Made by a program: the position numbers and the translations under genes. A model generated the notes under the pieces. That model did no database searches. It was given only the letters and a program-made list of their open reading frames with translations, and was not told the DNA's origin. DNA of 64,000 nt, from contig OZ024754.1 of NCBI GenBank assembly GCA_964016885.1, forward strand, positions 8,990,001-9,054,000, in the 5' to 3' direction. Source of the DNA: Eledone cirrhosa (Eukaryota). The number at the start of each line of letters is the position of its first letter. Within the stretch, counting starts at the first letter, position 1. Positions 30,261 to 47,641 of the stretch are shown one piece after another.

Positions 30261-31490
30261 AATAAGGTTGCTTTGATGCGTCCATAGGCGGTATGCCGTT
30301 TGAGCACTCTATGCCCCTCGATGGAAAACGAAGAATCAGTGAAGCATCGAAACAATTTATTACGTATTACAATTGTTTTTCCAGCGAAAAGCTCCAGGTG
30401 TGATCTATTCGCCAGAGAAACAATTGTAATACGTAATTGTGTTCCGATACATCACTGATTCTTCGTTGTCCTGTAGGAGTCACGGTAAAAAGCACCCAGC
30501 ATACACCGTAAATGTGGTTTGTGTTAGGAAGGACATTCGGCCATGGAAAAGAAGCCAGAAACAGTTCTGTGTGAGTAAGACATGGTCACCTGGCCTAGCA
30601 TTGCCTTAAATGGGACAACCCGTCTAATCCAGGCTAACGTGGAAAATGGCCATTAAATGATAACTATATGTTTTTGTGTGTGTGTAAAGCCCTGCAAATA
30701 TACTTCCCACTAATTGTGTCTACAGGAATAACACAAGTCATGTTAGTGGGGTGCCTAGAGTAGCCATGTGTGAGTATCCCTTGACTGTTATCAAGCAATT
30801 GCACAGCATTTTCCCCGTCCAGGTAGAAAGAACTGTTACTCAAGGAACTGTCAAGTTACACATCTCAGGTCTCAGACAATTACTATGTTGGAAAGTCCTA
30901 TAAGAATGAATTTTGGGGTAAAGACTATCGGGAAGACCTCCCAAGAGATAAAAGGGTAAAATATATATAGAGCATGCTGGAATACCACTGCTCACATTGG
31001 AGAGTATTGCTCTGGACAGGAAAGATATCTAGTTTACCAATATAGAAATATAAAATTTCCACTGTTAAATCTATCTCTGCTTCTTAAGTATTCTCTATTA
31101 TCTCATACCGTTTCTTTCTTATTTCAGAATATCAGATGACATTGGGATAAATTAATTTTTAATCTTGAATACATCACCTATATTTATCATCATTTCAAGA
31201 CTAAACTTTTCATACGGAACTGATATAACATTGTTTATATTAGAATTACTGTGAAAAATTTCTTCAGAACTGTGTTTATCGGAAAAATTTCGTTTCCTCA
31301 CCAGCCTAAATATTTACAAGATGATTTTGAATCTTAACTAAAATTTGATCACAAAGAAGTTTGCATCATCTTCAGATCTTGACTGAGATCACAGTTGGGG
31401 GAAATATAGCAGAAGAAATATCTTCAGGAATATAATATATAAAATAATACAAGAATAACATCTGTAAATTCAGTCAAGGGAAGAAGAAAC

Positions 31491-33074
31491 ATGGAAAATA
31501 AATTGAGTGAGAAGAAGATTAAATGTGAAACATTGTCTGAAGATATTACTAATCCAGAAGACATGGCAAACGATAAAATAAGGAAGTCATATCACTGCGA
31601 TATCTGTGGTAAATCATTCACTCAAAGTAGTACCTTAACTAGACACAAACGTATACATACAGGAGAGAAACCGTATGACTGTGATATTTGTGGTAAATCA
31701 TTCTCTAAATCGGATACATTAACTATTCACAAACGTATATATTCGGGAGAGAAGCCATATCACTGTGATATCTGTGGTAAATCATTCTCAGTAAGTGATA
31801 AATTAACTTCTCACAAATATACACATACAGGAGAGAAGCCATATCACTGTGATATCTGTGGTAAATCATTCTCTCAAAGTGGTCACTTAAGTACACACAT
31901 ACGTATACATACAGGAGAGAAACCATATCACTGTGGTAAATCATTCTCAGTAAGTGATAAATTAACTTCTCACAAATATACACATACAGGAGAGAAGCCA
32001 TATCACTGTGATATCTGTGGTAAATCATTCGCTAAATCGGATACATTAACTATTCACAAACGTATACATACAGGAGAGAAGCCATATCACTGTGATATCT
32101 GTGGTAAATCATTCTCTCAAAGTGGTCACTTAAGTACACACAAACGTATACATACAGGAGAGAAACCATATCACTGTGGTATCTGTGGTAAATCATTCTC
32201 AGTAAGTGATCATTTATCTAGACACAAATATACACATACAGGAGACAAGCCATATCACTGTGGTATCTGTGGTAAATCTTTCTCAGTAAGTGGTACATTA
32301 ACTTCTCACATGCGTAGCCATACAGGTGAGAAGCCATTCCACTGTGACATTTGTGGTAAATCATTCTCTGTATCGTGTGGTTTAACTAGTCACAAACGTA
32401 TACATACAGGAGACAAGCCATATCACTGTGATATCTGTGGTAAATCATTCGCTAAATCGGATACATTAACTATTCACAAACATATACATACAGGAGACAA
32501 GCCGTATCACTGTGATATCTGTGGTAAATCTTTCTCAGTAAGTGGTACATTAACTTCTCACATACGTACCCATACAGGTGAGAAACCATTCCACTGTGAC
32601 ATCTGTGGTAAATCATTCTCTCAAAGTGATCAATTATGTAGACACAAACGTATACATAGAGGAGAGAAGCCATATCACTGTGATATCTGTGGTAAATCAT
32701 TCTCTCAAAGTGGTCACTTAAGTACACACAAACGTATACATACAGGAGAGAAACCATATCAATGTGGTATCTGTGGTAAATCATTCTCTCAAAGTGATCA
32801 TTTATCTAGACACAAATATACACATACAGGAGAGAAGCCATATCACTGTGATATCTGTGGTAAATCATTCTCTCAAAGTGGTCACTTAAGTACACACAAA
32901 CGTATACATACAGGAGAGAAACCATATCACTGTGGTAAATCATTCTCAGTAAGTGATAAATTAACTTCTCACAAATATACACATACAGGAGAGAAGCCAT
33001 ATCACTGTGATATCTGTGGTAAATCATTCGCTAAATCGGATACATTAACTATTCACAAACGTATACATACATGA
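31491..33074 (+). CDS. C2H2 zinc-finger protein, copy 4, 527 aa, 18 repeats (two with the 9-bp deletion, one H>Y), truncated by GGA>TGA
   Basis: N-terminus ([11 protein letters not shown]) matches copy 5; the last 7 repeats and the stop match copies 2/3. Confidence 0.8.
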   Translation: MENKLSEKKIKCETLSEDITNPEDMANDKIRKSYHCDICGKSFTQSSTLTRHKRIHTGEKPYDCDICGKSFSKSDTLTIHKRIYSGEKPYHCDICGKSFSVSDKLTSHKYTHTGEKPYHCDICGKSFSQSGHLSTHIRIHTGEKPYHCGKSFSVSDKLTSHKYTHTGEKPYHCDICGKSFAKSDTLTIHKRIHTGEKPYHCDICGKSFSQSGHLSTHKRIHTGEKPYHCGICGKSFSVSDHLSRHKYTHTGDKPYHCGICGKSFSVSGTLTSHMRSHTGEKPFHCDICGKSFSVSCGLTSHKRIHTGDKPYHCDICGKSFAKSDTLTIHKHIHTGDKPYHCDICGKSFSVSGTLTSHIRTHTGEKPFHCDICGKSFSQSDQLCRHKRIHRGEKPYHCDICGKSFSQSGHLSTHKRIHTGEKPYQCGICGKSFSQSDHLSRHKYTHTGEKPYHCDICGKSFSQSGHLSTHKRIHTGEKPYHCGKSFSVSDKLTSHKYTHTGEKPYHCDICGKSFAKSDTLTIHKRIHT

Positions 33075-34083
<1,009 letters not shown>

Positions 34084-34847
34084 CAAAGTCATATCTCATT
34101 ATCTCAAAATGGTGAATTAATTAGACACAAATACATTCATATAAATGAAAAGCCATACCATTGCTACATTAATTACACCCAAACTGTGATGTCTGTGATA
34201 AATCATTCTCTAAATGTTGTGGCTTCAGTAGACACTAACATATACAGGAGAGGAACCACATCAGTGTTATGTCTGTGGTAAATGATTCTTTTGGACAGGT
34301 TACTTAATGCAAGAGAATCAGACAAGATAAAAACCATATCACTCACCCAAAATAGTGCCACCAATGTTGTAAGTGTTTTGAATAAAACTTGTTTATTCAG
34401 AAATTATTCTCCTTTAATTTTATTTGTAAAAGTTGTAACCAACACCAGTTGTGACAAAACTGCATGGTACAGAATTTACAAACACTATATATATATGAGT
34501 GTATATAGAAATTATTATCCTTGAATATGATAGTATCTGTATGTGTGTATAATTGTGTGTACGTATGTGTTCTTATATACATGTGTGCATATCTGCAGTG
34601 TCTGTTCTAGCTCTCAGAGTACAAATCCCACTGAGGTGAAGTTGCTTCTATATTTTGAGATCCATAAATGAAATACCAGTGAAATACTGGGGTTGATTCT
34701 TCTTTGTCATTGTCTGTCTATTCTTCTCTCTTTCTATATATATATCATCATGATCAACGTCTACCTTCCACACTAACATGGGTTAGCTGGGAAAGTCCCA
34801 CTTGAGGAAAAAATTGGTCGGGTGACCATGTCTCGCTTGTATAGGGC

Positions 34848-34894
<47 letters not shown>

Positions 34895-36161
34895 CCAGGA
34901 GTGAGACACGATCTCCTGACCCAACTTATCTCTAAATGGGCCAAACAAAATGAAGACATAACAAATCGTCCTTTATATATATTTGTGTTGGTGCTCTAAA
35001 ATAGTGATGTATATTGTATGTTTATTTAAAACACTTTGAAGGCCTTTCGCTATAAATTTAAGGTAGTGAATATAGTCATATACCTAGCTTCAGTGAAACC
35101 AAAGGGAAATAACCAATGATCGTTTCTCACATTTTAGTGCTTATCAAGGTTATATATCCCTTCTTTTTGCTGTGAGCTGTAGAAGCTGGATTCTTATAGA
35201 ATTCCAATTATGTGTATGAGCTGTTTAATCTCATTAACATACAGAGTGGTTGCCTTAAGCAAGGTATGTGACATCTGTAACTATCTTGAATTCATAGCGA
35301 AAGGGCTTCAAAATGTTATTTAAAAAAACTATATTATTAACTATAAAATATGTACATTCATATATATATAAACTTAAGCAAATTAACAAGGAGAAGACCA
35401 GACAAATTAGAACAATATTTTAAGGGGAGTTCTTAAAGAATAATTTTTCAAAATAAAAATACAAATGAATGAAATAGAACTCCAGATTCATTGGCTGTTG
35501 AGATGGACTTGGCCAATTTCAACCCCTACCAATGGTACTGCTGGTCACAGCGTCTGTCACAAGCCAATGCGCTGTCCTGTGGTGTAAGAGATGAGACAAC
35601 ACAATAATTTTTTAGCAATTGAGCTACAACAAGTAAACATGGATTTATGTGCTGTCAGGAAAAAGGTATTGTACTTTCATACAACAAAACATGAGTGAAA
35701 CAAAGAAAAAGTTGGAAAAAAGGCAAATTGAAGAAAGTAAGATATTGTGTTAAAATATGTAAGCCATTGAAATTAATGAGGGGAGGGGGAGAACAAGTTT
35801 ATCACAGATTAGTAATGATTAACCTAGGTAATTTTAACAAAAGGGGCAAAACATGATACAATTTTTTAAGAGGAAACCTTAAAATATTATTTCTTGAAAA
35901 TATATACATATATCTTTTTCATTTGATTTATATATATATGTTCAGTAGAGATTATCTCGGTAAAAACAAGCGCATTGCCTGCGGCATATCACAAATTTTG
36001 AATTTTCATCGAGGATTTCATTCTCATAACAAATGCATGGACTACATCTTGGATTGCATAAGAGAACCGTTAAAATAATTATTATGAATGAGCGGTTTAT
36101 ATCACATCAGCATCTTAATGTTATTCTTATATATATATATATACATATATGTAGGTTTTAT

Positions 36162-36762
36162 ATGTGGCTGATGCTCAGGTGCAGTAAGTAGCAAGTGCCC
36201 ACTGGATACTAGCTCTTTCAACTACCCAGATGGTTCTATAGAAATAGTAGGCACTTTCTGTTATCAGGGTGACAAAATCAACAGTGGAGGAGAGTGTACT
36301 GAAAGTACAGTAGCCAGAAAAAGAACGGGATGGAAGAAGTTCAGAGAGCTAATACCACTGTTAGCCGCAAAAGGTTTCTCTCTAAAAATGAAAGGCCAAT
36401 TGTATGATGCTTGTATACAAACAACAATGTTACATGGTAGTTAGACCTGGGTCTTGTGTGCACAGATTGGAAAGGAATGAAGCATGCATGCTCCGATGGA
36501 TGTAATAGTAATATAGACAAAGGGTAAGTGTACTAAGTGAAAAATTAGGCATAAGAGGGATTAGATGTAGTTTACTAGAGAGGAGATTATGTTGGTATGA
36601 TCATGTGATGCATATGAAGAACGACAGCTCTATAGGGCGTTCAAAATTGATGGAAGACTCATAACGAGGTGATAAAAGCTGACCTTGCACACTTGAACCT
36701 CTCTCAGACAATGACACAGGATCGAGATGTTTGGCGCTATGCAGTAATACAGAAGCCAACCT
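36162..36762 (+). mobile_element. RTE LINE 3' fragment, unit 5
   Basis: Near-identical to 645..1245. Confidence 0.85.
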
Positions 36763-38217
36763 TCCTTTGTGCACGGACTTCTAGGTACCTTTTAATCCAA
36801 TATATATTCCACACACTTACACCTCCCTTCCACTACCACCCACACCACCTTTACTCTGTAAAGTTATATTGGTACCACAAAACATCCAGCTCACACTGGA
36901 AATTGATCGTGTAGGTGTCACGACAAAATGCACCCAGTCCACATTGTAAAATAGTCATGTAGGTTTCGTGACAAAAAGATCTTAGTCTGCACTGTATGAA
37001 CAAGGCATGGTCACCTGACCTAGCATTGCAAACAACAGGGCACTCGTTAAACCCATGCTAGCGTGGAAAAATGGATGTAAAGTGGTGATGATTATATATA
37101 TATATATATTATTGTTTTAACTTCACCTGTTGCAAATTTTTTTATATTGTTTTTGTGAAAAAAAAACAATCTTTTTCGCACACACACACACATTATATGT
37201 GTACATATATTTCTTTATTGAGTTTCTACTTTGGGCACAAGGCCAGCGAAATACCTCAGTGGACCACTGGTACTTTATTTTATCGACCTCGTAAGGATGA
37301 AAGGCAAAGTTAACCTCGGCGGATTTGAACTCAGAACGCAAAGGGCCATAACTATGCTATAAAGCATGGTATCTGACGCTCTATCGATACTGCCAAATCA
37401 CTATATATATATACTTTTGGCACAAGGCCAGCAAATAGCCAGCAAATAAACTGGTACTTTATTTTATCGACCCCGTAAGGATGAAAGGCAAAGTTAACCT
37501 TGGTGGGATTTGAACTCATAATGGCAAGGGCCGTAACTCTTTGCATCAAAGCATGGCGTCCGAGCCTCTACCGATACTGCCAATCCACCGCCCTTGTATA
37601 TATATAAATAGATAATCCCGTTCATTTCTCTTATAATATATATACATATATATAACGTTCTCTTTTTTTTTTTTGTTTTATTTCAAGTAACTTACAAGGG
37701 ATATTCTATGATTGACTAGAATCACTTCCAGTGTGTGTATTTATTTACAACATTGATATTCTACACCACATTCGTCATCTATGTGACACTTGTAATGTTA
37801 TTTTTACAACCAGGAATAAAATTGTTCTTGAGATATTCACTGCGAACCTGTACTTTCTCTATTTCTTGTTCGGACTTGGTATATATATATATATATATAT
37901 AATATTTATTTACTACACCACATTTTTCATCTGTGTGATATTTTTGTAATGTTATTTATACAACCGGGAATAAAATAATTCTTACCCTAAACCTTATTAT
38001 TCACTGCGAACCTGATCTGTTTCTATTTCCTGTCTCACCATCTTCCATTCTTTCATCAATCTCTCGTCATTAATTTTTATCAATTCCTGTCTCCTTTTCT
38101 ATATTTTCAAGGTATTTCAAATTTTTTTATAATTTTTACGTTTCTTTCGTTAATTTATTCAGTTTTATATTTAAAATATTTCTGAGTAACTTTTCCTGTA
38201 TTTTCCGTCTAAATATT

Positions 38218-38254
<37 letters not shown>

Positions 38255-38340
38255 CAAGTAAGACCCCGACGGTTGAGCTCAAGCCGTTTCGACGGCTAAT
38301 TCTGGACTTTGAGCTCAGCCGTCGGGGTCTTACTTGTTCC

Positions 38341-38371
<31 letters not shown>

Positions 38372-38470
38372 AATATTTAGACGGAAAATACAAAATATAA
38401 CTACTCCATTACCAAAGGTTTCTGGATCCCAGATAATAATGATATACGTCTTTTCCTTCGGAATTACCTA

Positions 38471-38506
<36 letters not shown>

Positions 38507-39736
38507 AATAAGGTTGCTTTGATGCGTCCATAGGCGGTATGCCGTTTGAGCACTCTATGCCCCTCGATGGAAAACGAAGAATCAGTGAAGCATCGAAACA
38601 ATTTATTACGTATTACAATTGTTTTTCCAGCGAAAAGCTCCAGGTGTGATCTATTCGCCAGAGAAACAATTGTAATACGTAATTGTGTTCCGATACATCA
38701 CTGATTCTTCGTTGTCCTGTAGGAGTCACGGTAAAAAGCACCCAGCATACACCGTAAATGTGGTTTGTGTTAGGAAGGACATTCGGCCATGGAAAAGAAG
38801 CCAGAAACAGTTCTGTGTGAGTAAGACATGATCACCTGGCCTAGCATTGCCTTAAATGGGACAACCCGTCTAATCCAGGCTAACGTGGAAAATGGCCATT
38901 AAATGATAACTATATGTTTTTGTGTGTGTGTAAAGCCCTGCAAATATACTTCCCACTAATTGTGTCTACAGGAATAACACAAGTCATGTTAGTGGGGTGC
39001 CTAGAGTAGCCATGTGTGAGGATCCCTTGACTGTTATCAAGCAATTGCACAGCATTTTCCCCTTCCAGGTAGAAAGAACTGTTACTCAAGGAACTGTCAA
39101 GTTACACATCTCAGGTCTCAGACAATTACTATGTTGGAAAGTCCTATAAGAATGAATTTTGGGGTAAAGACTATCGGGAAGACCTCCCAAGAGATAAAAG
39201 GCTAAAATATATATAGAGCATGCTGGAATACCACTGCTCACATTGGAGAGTATTGCTCTGGACAGGAAAGATATCTAGTTTACCAATATAGAAATATAAA
39301 ATTTCCACTGTTAAATCTATCTCTGCTTCTTAAGTATTCTCTATTATCTCATACCGTTTCTTTCTTATTTCAGAATATCAGATGACATTGGGATAAATTA
39401 ATTTTTAATCTTGAATACATCACCTATATTTATCATCATTTCAAGACTAAACTTTTCATACGGAACTGATATAACATTGTTTATATTAGAATTACTGTGA
39501 AAAATTTCTTCAGAACTGTGTTTATCGGAAAAATTTCGTTTCCTCACCAGCCTAAATATTTACAAGATGATTTTGAATCTTAACTAAAATTTGATCACAA
39601 AGAAGTTTGCATCATCTTCAGATCTTGACTGAGATCACAGTTGGGGGAAATATAGCAGAAGAAATATCTTCAGGAATATATTATATAAAATAATACAAGA
39701 ATAACATCTGTAAATTCAGTCAAGGGAAGAAGAAAC

Positions 39737-41997
<2,261 letters not shown>

Positions 41998-44064
41998 CAA
42001 AGTCATATCTCATTATCTCAAAATGGTGAATTAATTAGACACAAATACATTCATATAAATGAAAAGCCATACCATTGCTACATTAATTACACCCAAACTG
42101 TGATGTCAGTGATAAATCATTCTCTAAATGTTGTGGCTTCAGTAAACACTAACATATACAGCAGAGGAACCACATCAGTGTGATGTCTGTGGTAAATGAT
42201 TCTTTTGGACAGGTTACTTAATGCAAGAGAATCAGACAAGATAAAAACCATATCACTCACCCAAAATAGTGCCACCAATGTTGTAAGTGTTTTGAATAAA
42301 ACTTGTTTATTCAGAAATTATTCTCCTTTAATTTTATTTGTAAAAGTTGTAACCAACACTAGTTGTGACAAAACTGCATGGTACAGAATTTACAAACACT
42401 ATATATATATATATATATGAGTGTATATAGAAATTATTATCCTTGAATATGATAGTATCTGTATGTGTGTATAATTATGTGTATCTGTGTGTACGTATGT
42501 GTTCTTATATACATGTGTGCATATCTGCAGTGTCTGTTCTAGCTCTCAGCGTACAAATCCCACTGAGGTGAAGTTGCTTCTATATTTTGAGATCCATAAA
42601 TGAAATACCAGTGAAATACTGGGGTTGATTCTTCTTTGTCATTGTCTGTCTATTCTTCTCTCTTTCTATATATATATCATCATGATCAACGTCTACCTTC
42701 CACACTAACATGGGTTAGCTGGGAAAGTCCCACTTGAGGAAAAAATTGGTCAGGTGACCATGTCTCGCTTGTATAGGGCTATGTATATATATATATATAT
42801 ATATATACCCAGGAGTGAGACACGATCTCCTGACCCAACTTATCTCTAAATGGGCCAAACAAAATGAAGACATAACAAATCGTCCTTTATATATATATAT
42901 ATATATATTTGTGTTGGTGCTCTAAAATAGTGATGTATATTGTATGTTTATTTAAAACACTTTGAAGGCCTTTCGCTATAAATTTAAGGTAGTGAATATA
43001 GTCATATACCTAGCTTCAGTGAAACCAAAGGGAAATAACCAATGATCGTTTCTCACATTTTAGTGCTTATCAAGGTTATATATCCCTTCTTTTTGCTGTG
43101 AGCTGTAGAAGCTGGATTCTTATAGAATTCCAATTATGTGTATGAGCTGTTTAATCTCATTAACATACAGAGTTGTTGCCTTAAGCAAGGTATGTGACAT
43201 CTGTAACTATCTTGAATTCATAGCGAAAGGGCTTCAAAATGTTATTTAAAAAAACTATATTATTAACTATAAAATATGTACATTCATATATATATAAACT
43301 TAAGCAAATTAACAAGGAGAAGACCAGACAAATTAGAACAATATTTTAAGGGGAATTCTTAAAGAATAATTTTTGAAAATAAAAATACAAATGAATGAAA
43401 TAGAACTCCAGATTCATTGGCTGTTGAGATGGACTTGGCCAATTTCAACCCCTACCAATGGTACTGCTGGTCACAGCGTCTGTCACAAGCCAATGCGCTG
43501 TCCTGTGGTGTAAGAGATGAGACAACACAATTTTTTAGCAATTGAGCTACAACAAGTAAACATGGATTTATGTGCTGTCAGGAAAAAGGTATTGTACTTT
43601 CATACAACAAAGCTCATGAGTGAAACAAAGAAAAAGTCGGAAAAAAGGCAAAATGAAGAAAGTAAGATATTGTGTTAAAATATGTAAGCCATTGAAATTA
43701 ATGAGGGGAGGGTGAGATCAAGTTTATCACAGATTAGTAATTATTAACCTAGGTAATTTTAACAAAAGGGGCAAAACATGATACAATTTTTTAAGAGGAA
43801 ACCTTAAAATATTATTTCTTGAAAATATATACATATATCTTTTTCATTTGATTTATATATATATATGTTCAGTAGAGATTGTTTCGGTAAAAACAAGCGC
43901 ATTGCCTGCGGCATATCACAAATTTTGGATTTTCATCGAGGATTTCATTCTCATAACAAATGCATGGACTACATCTTGGATTGCATAAGAGAACCGTTGA
44001 AATAATTATTATGAATGAGCGGTTTATATCACATCAGCATCTTAATGTTATTCTTATATATATA

Positions 44065-44116
44065 AGGGCGGTGCCCCAGCATGGCCTCAGCCGGATGGCT
44101 GAAACAGGTAAAAGAG
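44065..44116 (+). mobile_element. ~52-bp SINE 3'-tail insertion in (TA)n (also ~51235..51286)
   Basis: AGGGCGGTGCCCCAGCATGGCCTCAGCCGGATGGCTGAAACAGGTAAAAGAG is present only in units 6 and 7; the others have plain (TA)n. Confidence 0.7.
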
Positions 44117-44144
44117 TATATATATACATATATGTAGGTTTTAT

Positions 44145-44745
44145 ATGTGGCTGATGCTCAGGTGCAGTAAGTAGCAAGTGCCCACTGGATACTAGCTCTT
44201 TCAACTACCCAGATGGTTCTATAGAAATAGTAGGCACTTTCTGTTATCAGGGTGACAAAATCAACAGTGGAGGAGAGTGTACTGAAAGTACAGTAGCCAG
44301 AAAAAGAACGGGATGGAAAAAGTTCAGAGAGCTAATACCACTGTTAGCCGCAAAAGGTTTCTCTCTAAAAATGAAAGGCCAATTGTATGATGCTTGTATA
44401 CAAACAACAATGTTACATGGTAGTTAGACCTGGGTATTGTGTGCACAGATTGGAAAGGAATGAAGCATGCATGCTCCGATGGATGTAATAGTAATATAGA
44501 CAAAGGGTAAGTGTACTAAGTGAAAAATTAGGCATAAGAGGGATTAGATGTAGTTTACTAGAGAGGAGATTATGTTGGTATGATCATGTGATGCATATGA
44601 AGAACGACAGCTCTATAGGGCGTTCAAAATTGATGGAAGACTCATAACGAGGTGATAAAAGCTGACCTTGCACACTTGAACCTCTCTCAGACAATGACAC
44701 AGGATCGAGATGTTTGGCGCTATGCAGTAATACAGAAGCCAACCT
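44145..44745 (+). mobile_element. RTE LINE 3' fragment, unit 6
   Basis: Near-identical to 645..1245. Confidence 0.85.
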
Positions 44746-46040
44746 TCCTTTGTGCACGGACTTCTAGGTACCTTTTAATCCAATATAGATTCCACACACT
44801 TACACCTCCCTTCCACTACCACCCACACCACCTTTACTCTGTAAAGTTATATTGGTACCACAAAACATCCAGCTCACACTGGAAATTGATCGTGTAGGTG
44901 TCACGACAAAATGCACCCAGTCCACATTGTAAAATAGTCATGTAGGTTTCGTGACAAAAAGATCTTAGTCTGCACTGTATGAACAAGGCATGGTCACCTG
45001 ACCTAGCATTGCAAACAACAGGGCACTCGTTAAACCCATGCTAGCGTGGAAAAATGGATGTAAAGTGGTGATGATTATATATATATATATATTATTGTTT
45101 TAACTTCACCTGTTGCAAATTTTTTTATATTGTTTTTGTGAAAAAAAAACAATCTTTTTCGCACACACACACACATTATATGTATATATATATTTCTTTA
45201 TTGAGTTTCTACTTTGGGCACAAGGCCAGCGAAATACCTCAGTGCACCACTGGTACTTTATTTTATCGACCCCGTAAGGATGAAAGGCAAAGTTAACCTT
45301 GGTGGGATTTGAACTCATAATGGCAAGGGCCGTAACTCTTTGCATCAAAGCATGGCGTCCGAGCCTCTACCGATACTGTCAATCCACCGCCCTTGTATAT
45401 ATATAAATAGATAATCCCGTTCATTTCTCTTATAATATATATACATATATATAACGTTCTCTTTTTTTTTTTTGTTTTATTTCAAGTAACTTACAAGGGA
45501 TATTCTATGATTGACTAGAATCACTTCCAGTGTGTGTATTTATTTACAACATTGATATTCTACACCACATTCGTCATCTATGTGACACTTGTAATGTTAT
45601 TTTTACAACCAGGAATAAAATTGTTCTTGAGATATTCACTGCGAACCTGTACTTTCTCTATTTCTTGTTCGGACTTGGTATATATATATATATATAATAT
45701 TTATTTACTACACCACATTTTTCATCTGTGTGATATTTTTGTAATGTTATTTATACAACCGGGAATAAAATAATTCTTACCCTAACCCTTATTATTCACT
45801 GCGAACCTGAACTGTGTCTATTTCCTGTCTCACCATCTTCCATTCTTTCATCAATCTCTCATCATTAATTTCCATCAATTCCTGTCTCCTTTTCTATATT
45901 TTATATTTTCAAGGTATTTCAAATTTTTTTATAATTTTTACGTTTCTTTCGTTAATTTATTCAGTTTTATATTTAAGATATTTCTGAGTAACTTTTCCTG
46001 TATTTTCCGTCTAAATATTGTTTATATATATATATATATT

Positions 46041-46100
46041 TTTCATTCTGAGGATTGAAAGCAAAACCTTTTGCTTTTAAGAAACCACTGGTAAATGGAA
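46041..46100 (+). ncRNA. Type I hammerhead ribozyme with intact catalytic core, in a ~95-bp insertion unique to unit 6
   Basis: TTTCATT CTGAGGA TTGAAAGCAAA-ACCT-TTTGCTTTTAA GAAA CC-ACT-GG TA AATGGAA: 7-bp stem I, CUGANGA, 11-bp stem II, GAAA, short stem III, GUA cleavage triplet at 46091-46093. Confidence 0.8.
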
Positions 46101-46129
46101 TAATTGCCTTATGTTGTTTATTACATAAT

Positions 46130-46160
<31 letters not shown>

Positions 46161-47641
46161 GGAACAAGTAAGACCCCGACGGCTGAGCTCAAGCCGTTTC
46201 GACGGCTAATTCTGGACTTTGAGCTCAGCCGTCGGGGTCTTACTTGTTCCTATATATATATATATATACATAAACAATATTTAGAAGGAAAATACAAAAT
46301 ATAACTACTCCATTACCAAAGGTTTCTGGATCCCAGATAATAATGATATACGTCTTTTCCTTCGGAATTACCTAATACATATATATATATATATATATAT
46401 ATTTGTAATAAGGTTGCTTTGATGCGTCCATAGGCGGTATGCCGTTTGAGCACTCTATGCCCCTCGATGGAAAACGAAGAATCAGTGAAGCATCGAAACA
46501 ATTTATTACGTATTACAATTGTTTTTCCAGCGAAAAGCTCCAGGTGTGATCTATTCGCCAGAGAAACAATTGTAATACGTAATTGTGTTCCGATACATCA
46601 CTGATTTTTCGTTGTCCTGTAGGAGTCACGGTAAAAAGCACCCAGCATACACCGTAAATGTGGTTTGTGTTAGGAAGGACATCCGGCCATGAAAAAGAAG
46701 CCAGAAACAGTTCTGTGTGAGTAAGACATGGTCACCTGGCCTAGCATTGCCTTAAATGGGACAACCCGTCTAATCCAGGCTAACATGGAAAATGGCCATT
46801 AAATGATAACTATATGTTTTTGTGTGTGTGTAAAGCCCTGCAAATATACTTCCCACTAATTGTGTCTACAGGAATAACACAAGTCATGTTAGTGGGGTGC
46901 CTAGAGTAGCCATGTGTGAGGATCCCTTGACTGTTATCAAGCAATTGCACAGCATTTTCCCCTTCCAGGTAGAAAGAACTGTTACTCAAGGAACTGTCAA
47001 GTTACACATCTCAGGTCTCAGGCAATTACTATGTTAGAAAGTCCTATAAGAATGAATTTTGGGGAAAAGACTATAGGGAAGACCTCCGAAGAGATAAAAG
47101 GGTAAAATATATATAGAGCATGCTGGAATACCACTGCTCACATTGGAGAGTATTGCTCTGGACAGGGAAGATATCTACAGTTTACCAATATAGAAATATA
47201 AAATTTCCACTGTTAAATCTATCTCTGCTTCTTAAGTATTCTCTATTATCTCATACCGTTTCTTTCTTATTTCAGAATATCAGATGACGTTGGGATAAAT
47301 TAATTTTTAATCTTGAATACATCACCTATATTTATCATCATTTCAAGACTAAACTTTTCATACGGAACTGATATAACATTGTTTATATTAGAATTACTGT
47401 GAAAAATTTCTTCAGAACTGTGTTTATCGGAAAAATTTTGTTTCCTCACCAGCCAAAATATTTACAAGATGATTTTGAATCTTAACTAAAATTTGATCAC
47501 AAAGAAGTTTGCATCATCTTCAGATCTTGACTGAGATCACGGTTGGGGGAAATATAGCAGAAGAAATATCTTCAGGAATATATATATTTATAAAATAATA
47601 CAAGAATAACATCTGGAAATTCAGTCAAGGGAAGAAGAAAC

